Assembly (NCBI GenBank): GCA_002471825.1
Contig: DKQS01000011.1
Coordinates: 42,712 to 106,711, forward strand
DNA: 64,000 nucleotides
Direction of reading: 5' to 3'
Source of the DNA: Flavobacteriaceae bacterium UBA7302
Lineage (GTDB): Bacteria; Bacteroidota; Bacteroidia; Flavobacteriales; Flavobacteriaceae
The stretch's first letter is position 1. The number at the start of each line of letters is the position of its first letter. Shown here piece after piece: positions 56,876 to 64,000 of the stretch. The notes beneath the pieces were generated by a model. It searched no databases. It worked only from the letters and a program-made list of their open reading frames with translations, and was not told the DNA's origin. The translations under genes were made by a program, and so were the position numbers.

Positions 56876-59053
56876 TTGATGGGGAAAAAGTTCCTGGTTT
56901 TATGTCTTTTAGTGGGTTGTTCATTTTCATGTGCACAGCAAAAAGTGAGTTTTTATTCCTTGAAATACAAGATTTTCCCAAAAATCAATATTCCTTCGAA
57001 CTCCGATGTTTATATGCAAAAGGCAGCATTGGAATTTCAGAAAAACTTTGAAATACTCACCAAAACCAAATTAACTATTGAAGAAAGAACAAGGTTTGAC
57101 AAAACCGAAAATGTTCTGGTCTTACGAGTAAATCCAACACAATCGAGCGACTTTTGCATCAAAAAAAACAAGTTGAATACCACCATAGTAGCGAGTTCTG
57201 TTGAAAACCTACACTTCGGAATTAACGAGTTCTTTATCAAGTATACATCCCTTAATTTCAAGCAAAAAAGCAAGCAAGTTGGCAATCCTCAGTTGACTTA
57301 TGATATTGACTTGAATTCAGAAATCAATGAATGTTATAAGGCCGATTTTTCCTATCGTGAACCTTATTATTCGCGGAATTTCAACTCAGACTACTCAAGA
57401 TGGCATAAAACCAATTATTTAGACCTTAACTGGGGGATTTGGGGACACAATATCCCGAAGATTCTAAAAAAATACCAATTACCAGAATCCGCCTATGCCG
57501 AAGTGAATGGCCGACGCAACAAACAACAATTTTGTTTCTCCAGCAATGATTTGTTTAAATACTTGAGTACGGAAATTATCAAGATTTACGAAAGCGACAA
57601 TGCATTGGATCGCTTTATGATATTACCAAACGACAATTTCTTATCATGTACCTGCGATAAATGTAAAAAATTGGGCAACACCCCAACAAACGCATCTCCT
57701 GCTGTTTTTACCTTCTTAAACAAATTAGCCCGAAAATATAAAAAGCTGCACTTCTTTACTTCAGCTTACAATACGGTAACCGAAGTCCCTGATTTTAAGG
57801 CCGAAAAAAATATTGGTTTGTTTTACAGTACAATCAAAATTCAGAAAGGAATTCCCATTGAAAAATCAAGGTACTATAACCGATTTAAGAAAGATATTAC
57901 AAATTGGAAAGACCACGTAGATGATGTCTACATTTGGGATTACACCGTAAATTTTGACAACTACTTTGATTTATATCCGTCTCTGAAAGTTACCCAAGAC
58001 AATCTGAAACTTTACAAAAAACTGGGGGTTCATGGTGTTTTCTTACACGGTAGTGAATACAACTACTCTACCCTAGAAGATTTAAAGACATATGTCTTCG
58101 CCAGAATGTTATGGGATACGGATATTGATTTAAAAGAAGAAATCACCTCATTTTTAAATGACAACTATTCTAAGAAGGTAGCAAAGCTACTGAGTGAGTT
58201 CTACATTTATCTAACTGATTCTTTTTACAACAGTAAAAAAGAACTTAGTATTTATAGTGGCATCCATCAAACCGCGGCAAAATACCTAGATCCTGAGCTA
58301 TTATTCACCTTCTATGAGGATTTCGACAAGTATGTTCAGAGCAATCAATACAATCAAAATTATTTACAGATTGCCACGGCATTGACCTTTTTGAAACTTG
58401 AAATCATGAGGGATTATGGTTTTGGAAAATATGGTTATGCACGATTGTTTAACAATGAGATTCGAGTAAAAAGTGAAATCGGAACGTTATTGGACAAATT
58501 GGACTCCTACAGCAGATTGGCCAAAATAAGTACCTATAATGAGATCCAATCGAGTTTGCGAAAGTATATCATTGGTTGGCGTGAGACCATTTTCAGATAC
58601 CATAGACGAAACAGTTACTTCTTTAAGAAAAAGTTCGAAGTGCTTTCGAGTTTGGATGAAGACTACACCAATACATCTTATTTGAATGATGGGGCTTTTG
58701 GATTGCTGGATTACAATACCAACTGGTTACTTTGCTCGGTAGATGATTTGGTATTAAAAGTAAAAAAAGAAGACGTTAAGAATTCGAAAGAGATTACCTT
58801 TTCGTTTTTACAGGACACCAAACATCGTATTTATTTCCCAGAAGTTATTCGCATTAAGGACACTGAGAACAATACGATTAAAAGATTCCGATTGCCAGTT
58901 GAAAAGGATAAATGGTTGAAAAAGGAATTTGTATTGAGGCTTCCTACGGAATATGAAGACGAACAATTAAGTGATGAATTCATCATTAGCATTGAGAAAA
59001 AGCGCGGTATCGGTAAAAACACCCTTGCCGTTGATGAAATCATTTTTAATTAA
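56876..59053 (+). CDS. DUF4838-like putative glycoside hydrolase, probable lipoprotein
   Basis: GH20/67-type N-domain, then FSYR, PND...CTCDKC, AY, IWDYTVNF and ARMLWD motifs. Confidence 0.7.
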   Translation: MMGKKFLVLCLLVGCSFSCAQQKVSFYSLKYKIFPKINIPSNSDVYMQKAALEFQKNFEILTKTKLTIEERTRFDKTENVLVLRVNPTQSSDFCIKKNKLNTTIVASSVENLHFGINEFFIKYTSLNFKQKSKQVGNPQLTYDIDLNSEINECYKADFSYREPYYSRNFNSDYSRWHKTNYLDLNWGIWGHNIPKILKKYQLPESAYAEVNGRRNKQQFCFSSNDLFKYLSTEIIKIYESDNALDRFMILPNDNFLSCTCDKCKKLGNTPTNASPAVFTFLNKLARKYKKLHFFTSAYNTVTEVPDFKAEKNIGLFYSTIKIQKGIPIEKSRYYNRFKKDITNWKDHVDDVYIWDYTVNFDNYFDLYPSLKVTQDNLKLYKKLGVHGVFLHGSEYNYSTLEDLKTYVFARMLWDTDIDLKEEITSFLNDNYSKKVAKLLSEFYIYLTDSFYNSKKELSIYSGIHQTAAKYLDPELLFTFYEDFDKYVQSNQYNQNYLQIATALTFLKLEIMRDYGFGKYGYARLFNNEIRVKSEIGTLLDKLDSYSRLAKISTYNEIQSSLRKYIIGWRETIFRYHRRNSYFFKKKFEVLSSLDEDYTNTSYLNDGAFGLLDYNTNWLLCSVDDLVLKVKKEDVKNSKEITFSFLQDTKHRIYFPEVIRIKDTENNTIKRFRLPVEKDKWLKKEFVLRLPTEYEDEQLSDEFIISIEKKRGIGKNTLAVDEIIFN

Positions 59054-59071
59054 AAAATTAATACCTTTATA

Positions 59072-59599
59072 ATGATGAAAAAAGGATTTCTACTTGTTGT
59101 TTTTTTGGTCTTATTAAGTTCCTGCGAACTTAGAAAGCCAAATATTGAAAATGTGGAAAGGACAAAAATTGAATTTTTGGATCCTGATCGTCATTACTAT
59201 CCAATTTTAAGAGGATCCGAATTAACGGCTTCTTATAAGTTTTGGAATCGTGGAAATGCACCCTTAATTATTTATGAGGTACAAGCTTCCTGTGGATGTT
59301 TGGACATTGATTATCCGAGAGGTTCTATCGGTAAGGATGATTTCGGATTTATCACGGTTGATTATGATAGTGCCAAGAATATTGGTTTTGTCGAGTTTTA
59401 CATTACCATAGTTGCGAATACCGAAAATGATATTTTCAATACCATTAAATTCGATGTGAATGTGGTTACTTCACCACACTATACTCAGGATTACGAAGAA
59501 ATTTACTTAAGACGAAGAAAAGAAAAACTTGGAGGCGAAGTTGATGGGGATTTAACACAACAGGGATACTACATCGACTTTGATAAGACCATTCGATAA
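59072..59599 (+). CDS. DUF1573 lipoprotein
   Basis: Lipobox LSSC; NRGNAPLII.EV.ASCGC motif. Confidence 0.85.
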   Translation: MMKKGFLLVVFLVLLSSCELRKPNIENVERTKIEFLDPDRHYYPILRGSELTASYKFWNRGNAPLIIYEVQASCGCLDIDYPRGSIGKDDFGFITVDYDSAKNIGFVEFYITIVANTENDIFNTIKFDVNVVTSPHYTQDYEEIYLRRRKEKLGGEVDGDLTQQGYYIDFDKTIR

Positions 59600-59621
59600 T
59601 TTTAAAATATTTGAAACCACC

Positions 59622-59653
59622 AACCAAAGCAAATTTTTAGCTTTGGTTTTTTT
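59622..59653 (+). terminator. Intrinsic terminator closing the 51302-59599 operon
   Basis: AACCAAAGC-aaattttta-GCTTTGGTT followed by T's. Confidence 0.8.
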
Positions 59654-59677
59654 ATTGCCAAGCACTAACATCCAGAC

Positions 59678-60277
59678 GTGATACACTTCAATTCCAAATT
59701 CTTTTTAGAACTCGCAAAAGCCATTGGTAAGCTCATTATTGCTGGTGTCTTTATTGGACTCCTGAAAGAGTATGACTTCATCATTGCCATCTTATTGCTC
59801 CTAAAAATTGCTTACAATCTTTATCGGAATTTTGTCACTCGTAAAGAGAAAAACTGGCTTTTGATCGTAGGAATGATTCTAACCGGAATTGGCGGAATCA
59901 TAGGCGAAATTTGGGGCGTAACCAATGGATTCTGGGAATATCATGAAATTTCAGGCAAATTACCCTATTGGCTTCCCTTCGCTTGGATGTTGGCTTTTGA
60001 TTACCTCTATAAGGTTGAAAAAGCCTTGATTCCTTTTTTGGTGAATCCCACCCATCGAAACAAAATCGTTCTAGCCATTATATTGGCCTTAATTTTACCA
60101 GCCTTAGGCGAAATGGTTACGATATATTTGGGAGTGTGGACCTATTACTGGCCTTATCAATTATTGGGTGTACCCTTGTATGCATTTATCTGTCTGGTAT
60201 TTGTACACATGCTCGTTTACAGCATCATGAATGCCATCTGTAGAAAATACAAGATTAAGGATCCTGTTTTTACCTAA
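59678..60277 (+). CDS. Hypothetical multi-TM protein with internal duplication
   Basis: Repeats GEIWGVTNGFWEY and GEMVTIYLGVWTY. Confidence 0.65.
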   Translation: MIHFNSKFFLELAKAIGKLIIAGVFIGLLKEYDFIIAILLLLKIAYNLYRNFVTRKEKNWLLIVGMILTGIGGIIGEIWGVTNGFWEYHEISGKLPYWLPFAWMLAFDYLYKVEKALIPFLVNPTHRNKIVLAIILALILPALGEMVTIYLGVWTYYWPYQLLGVPLYAFICLVFVHMLVYSIMNAICRKYKIKDPVFT

Positions 60278-61866
60278 AATTCAATGATGGTAAATGAGGA
60301 GGCTAACGGATCTAAAGACTCTTTAAGGGTAGGCACCAATGATTTGCCGTACTCCAGATAATATTCCGAAAAATTACGTTGACGTTCTTCAAGCTTTTGA
60401 TTGGGTAAGATTGCATTTTGCAACTTTGTAATTCGATGCACCAAATCATTTTGTCTTCTTTTTTCAGCCTTTAACAATCGTTTTTGAAGATGTATTAGTC
60501 CGTTGATTTGCTTCTTCTCTTGTGCTGATACTGCGTTGAGGAAAGATTTATCTGTTTTTCCTGCCGTTTCTCGTAATTCAGCAAATTGTTGCTTTAAAAA
60601 GTCAATCTTATCCTGAAAATCAATTTCCAACGAAGAATTCTCAATGACTTTTTGGTCAATTAGATCGCGTTGAGAAAGGAATAACTCTTCAAATGAAATA
60701 TCTAATTTCTTTAGTTTTTTTCGTTGTTTTTTAGTGACAATCTGTGCGGAATTTCGGAGTAACAACATCGGAAAGACAACCTTGCTATCTTGGAAGTAGG
60801 ACTTTAATTGAAGCCAATAAGCCAACTCTCCTCCTCCACCGATATAACATAAATTCGGTAGAATTACCTCTTGATACAAAGGCCTTACCAAAACATTGGG
60901 TGAAAATCTTTCGGGATGCTTCTCCAGTTCATCTAAAATTTCACTTTCAGTAAAACTCAATTCCGTATTCAGAACTTGATATACTCCTTTTTCTAAAACG
61001 ATTCGTTCGCGCAATTGATCGTGAAGGTAAAACAGGTTGATTTCCCTCGGGTTCACCTGAATTTTGTACTTAGAAGCAAAAGATTCGTTGGTCGTCGTAA
61101 CATTTTTATCCGCCGTATGGTACAAGAGTTCATTCTTGCAATACGGAACTAAAAATTTCTTTAATCGGGCATCATCAGCATCAATAATTACCAAACCATA
61201 TTCTCCAAACAATTCATTAGCGATGAATCGAGTTGCCTCTGTCAATGTTGGAAATGTTGTGTAGGCTTTCTCAAAAAGATTCGATAAGTAATTGGCCTTC
61301 TTAGACGTTCCGAAAGCAGTTTTTAGTAAATCAGACACCTCATTCAATCCCTCGGTTGAGAATCGCCCTACCCCTCCTTTTTGATCAGAATTCCATATTA
61401 CTTTTCTTCCTTGAAAGTTGAAATAATTTATTTCATCAAAATCGTGGTCTTCAGTGGCCATCCAATAAATCGGAACAAAGCGCTGTTCGGGATAGGCGAC
61501 ATTCAGATGCTCTGTCAGATTGATGGTGGAGATGATTTTATACAAAAAGTACAATGGCCCCGTAAACAGATTTAACTGATGTCCCGTAACAATGGTGAAC
61601 GATTGATTGTTCGAAAGCGCCTCGATGTTTTCTTTTGTAAATTCGGATATTTCCAGGGTTTCATATTGTTCTTTCAACACTTCCACTAGTGGTTGACGAA
61701 TGGAATGATCGTAAGAATTATGCTTTTCTTCTAGTTGAAGTTTAAAATTCTCAAGTTTGGGAAATCGATGGTAGTATTGAGAAATACCCTCCGATTCTTT
61801 TAAATAATCAACAATTAAATTGGAATAGAAACCAGTTTTGTGATAAGGAATTTTAGTTGTTGACAT
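60274..61866 (-). CDS. bshC: Bacillithiol biosynthesis cysteine-adding enzyme
   Basis: IVTGHQLNLFTGPLY, PIYWMATEDHDFDEI, FSPNVLVRP, YIGGGGELAYW and LEER motifs. Confidence 0.93.
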   Translation of the reverse strand: MSTTKIPYHKTGFYSNLIVDYLKESEGISQYYHRFPKLENFKLQLEEKHNSYDHSIRQPLVEVLKEQYETLEISEFTKENIEALSNNQSFTIVTGHQLNLFTGPLYFLYKIISTINLTEHLNVAYPEQRFVPIYWMATEDHDFDEINYFNFQGRKVIWNSDQKGGVGRFSTEGLNEVSDLLKTAFGTSKKANYLSNLFEKAYTTFPTLTEATRFIANELFGEYGLVIIDADDARLKKFLVPYCKNELLYHTADKNVTTTNESFASKYKIQVNPREINLFYLHDQLRERIVLEKGVYQVLNTELSFTESEILDELEKHPERFSPNVLVRPLYQEVILPNLCYIGGGGELAYWLQLKSYFQDSKVVFPMLLLRNSAQIVTKKQRKKLKKLDISFEELFLSQRDLIDQKVIENSSLEIDFQDKIDFLKQQFAELRETAGKTDKSFLNAVSAQEKKQINGLIHLQKRLLKAEKRRQNDLVHRITKLQNAILPNQKLEERQRNFSEYYLEYGKSLVPTLKESLDPLASSFTIIEF

Positions 61867-62055
61867 AAATGAATTAACCTCGAAATCAGTTGTTTTAGAG
61901 CAAAACTTGAACCTTGCTTCAGACTGTAAAAATACGAATATTTATCCTTTTGAATTTTGAACTAAGAATTGTAACATTATTTTAACTCCACCTCTTTTTC
62001 ACGTATTTTAAGATTAAAATAATCTGTACATTTGGTTTCCACAAAGAATTCCACC

Positions 62056-64000
62056 ATGAAACACTTGAAACTAATCTTACCCGCGTTTTTACTAACGTTT
62101 TCAATGCTTTTTTCGCAAGACATCAAATCTCCATCCGAATTTTTGGGATATGAACTGGGATCTCGATTTACCCGTCATCATAAGGTGGTTGAATACTTTC
62201 AGTATGTCTCCAAAAATTTACCGAATGTAGTTGTTGAAAAATATGGAGAAACCAACGAATTCCGACCATTACTAGTTGCCTACCTATCTTCTCAAGAAAA
62301 TATGGATAACCTTGAAGCCATTCGAAAGGCAAACTTGGGTCAAACCGGACTATTGCCTTCTAACTCCAAAGGTGAGAAAGCCATTGTGTGGTTGAGTTAT
62401 AATGTCCATGGAAATGAAGCCTCTAGTACAGAAGCTTCAATGAAAACACTGTATAAATTGGTGACCGAAAAAGCAGAATGGTTGAAAAACACTGTAGTAA
62501 TCATGGATCCATGTATCAATCCGGATGGAAGAGATCGTTATGTCAATTGGTACAATCAAGTAAAAAGTACGCCTTTTAATACGAGTCAAATGGCCAAAGA
62601 ACACTCCGAACCTTGGCCAGGAGGAAGACCAAACCATTACTTGTTTGATTTGAATAGAGATTGGGCTTGGGCGACACAAAAAGAGACGCGTGCACGATTA
62701 AAAGTCTATAACAAATGGATGCCTCATGTACACGTAGATTTCCACGAACAGGGCATCAACAACCCGTATTACTTTGCTCCTGCTGCAGAACCTTTCCATG
62801 AGGTAATTACACCTTGGCAAAGAAGCTTCCAAACTCAAATTGGAAAGAATCACGCCAAATATTTTGACAAAAACAGCTGGTTGTATTTCACCAAAGAAAG
62901 TTTTGATTTGTTATATCCGAGTTATGGTGACACCTATCCTACGTACATGGGATCAATCGGAATGACTTATGAACAAGCAGGTCACGGACGAGCAGGTTTG
63001 GGTATTCAGACAGATGAAGGCTTTGTATTAACCTTGAAAGATCGATTGAACCATCATACCACTACTGGATTGTCTACCGTTGAAATCTCTTCTCAAAATG
63101 CGCAAAGATTGAATGAAGAGTTTGCTAAGTTCTTTGATAACTCCGGATTAAAATTCAAAAGTTTCGTAGTCAAAAACGATAATGAAGACAAGATTAACCG
63201 TTTGAAGGCCTTACTCGATCGTCATGAAATCTCCTACGAATATGCTAGTGGTTCTGAAGCCAAAGGTTTTGTATACCAACAAAATAAGGAAGGAAAATTA
63301 AAGCTAACCAATGAAGACTTAGTACTGCATACCGACCAGCCCAAAGGGAAGATGCTACATGTCCTTTTTGAACCAAGCGCCAAGCTTGTAGATTCGCTAA
63401 CCTATGACATAACAGCATGGTCAATTCCTTATGCACACGGACTAACGGCATTGGCATCCACCAAAAAAATAGGATCGAATAAAGGAATGCAAACCATTAT
63501 GGAACAAAACTCCATTGACAAATCGGCTTACGCATACATCTCTAAATGGAACAGTCTAGACGATGCCAAGTTCTTGGGCCAGTTGTTACAAAACGGAATC
63601 ACACCAAGATTTGCTGAAAAGCCATTTTCAATTGCAGGAAAAGCATTTGATAGAGGTGCCTTAATTGTCTTGAGGAGTGATAATGGTCAAGAGAATTTCG
63701 ATGCAAAACTTATCGAATTGGCCAATGAACACAAACGTTCTGTAATTCCTGTAAAAACCGGATTTGTGGACAGCGGAGTTGATTTTGGATCTTATTCGGT
63801 AAAACCCATTAACAAACAACGCATTGCCGTACTATCAGGTAATGGAGTTTCTTCCCTGAGTTTTGGTGAAATCTGGCACTTTTTCGAAAAGAATTTGTCC
63901 TATCCGATTACCAATGTGAACACGGACTACTTTTCAAGAATAGATTTAAATGCCTTTGATGTGATCATTTTCCCAAGCGGAGGATATTCAAGAGTCTTAA
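62056..64000 (+). CDS. M14-family zinc carboxypeptidase-like protein (partial, runs off window end; not in ORF track)
   Basis: Translation MKHLKLIL...SYNVHGNEASS...NPDG...GGRPNHYLFDLNRDW...VDFHEQG; no stop before 64000. Confidence 0.88.
   Translation, partial: MKHLKLILPAFLLTFSMLFSQDIKSPSEFLGYELGSRFTRHHKVVEYFQYVSKNLPNVVVEKYGETNEFRPLLVAYLSSQENMDNLEAIRKANLGQTGLLPSNSKGEKAIVWLSYNVHGNEASSTEASMKTLYKLVTEKAEWLKNTVVIMDPCINPDGRDRYVNWYNQVKSTPFNTSQMAKEHSEPWPGGRPNHYLFDLNRDWAWATQKETRARLKVYNKWMPHVHVDFHEQGINNPYYFAPAAEPFHEVITPWQRSFQTQIGKNHAKYFDKNSWLYFTKESFDLLYPSYGDTYPTYMGSIGMTYEQAGHGRAGLGIQTDEGFVLTLKDRLNHHTTTGLSTVEISSQNAQRLNEEFAKFFDNSGLKFKSFVVKNDNEDKINRLKALLDRHEISYEYASGSEAKGFVYQQNKEGKLKLTNEDLVLHTDQPKGKMLHVLFEPSAKLVDSLTYDITAWSIPYAHGLTALASTKKIGSNKGMQTIMEQNSIDKSAYAYISKWNSLDDAKFLGQLLQNGITPRFAEKPFSIAGKAFDRGALIVLRSDNGQENFDAKLIELANEHKRSVIPVKTGFVDSGVDFGSYSVKPINKQRIAVLSGNGVSSLSFGEIWHFFEKNLSYPITNVNTDYFSRIDLNAFDVIIFPSGGYSRVL

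Noticed and set aside
61970-61996. TGTAAC...CCTCTT as an ECF promoter for the second M14 gene
   Set aside because: The spacing is 2 nt off the other TGTAAC-N17 sites, and a housekeeping TACATTTG element lies closer to the start.
1-64000. rRNA, tRNA, prophage, integrase or defence-system genes
   Set aside because: I recognised no cloverleaf, rRNA-like, integrase, transposase, nuclease or phage structural signatures.

Overview
This is a 64 kb AT-rich chromosomal segment from a Bacteroidota bacterium of the family Flavobacteriaceae. That assignment is inferred from the gene content and the TAnnTTTG promoter elements; a marine origin is plausible. Most of it is housekeeping: kdsB, idi, prfC, valS, murB, lipA, argS, lpdA, bshC, PPIases, two M14 peptidases and two ECF sigma factors. 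I found no rRNA, tRNA, CRISPR array, transposase or prophage. Four non-routine regions stand out. (1) At 4.8-9.0 kb, three tandem paralogous secreted proteins carry a GH18-like F(D/N)xYNLE(Y/F)EYW motif. Their spacers hold two copies of a ~113-nt structured element with CCCCUAAA hairpin loops, a third long hairpin, and the same C-rich motif next to start codons. This is a candidate undescribed RNA-based regulatory module. (2) At 51.3-59.6 kb, a five-gene operon (HEAT protein, processive GT2, TPR plus beta-barrel, DUF4838-like hydrolase, DUF1573 lipoprotein) looks like a synthase-dependent exopolysaccharide system without a deacetylase or an obvious c-di-GMP receptor. (3) At 40.2 kb, a candidate sigma54-driven small RNA is complementary to AUGAAAA-type translation starts. 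(4) At 15.1-16.4 kb, a sulfatase is split exactly at a U_UUA_AAG -1 slippery heptamer. All product calls come from motif recognition by eye; no database searches were run.
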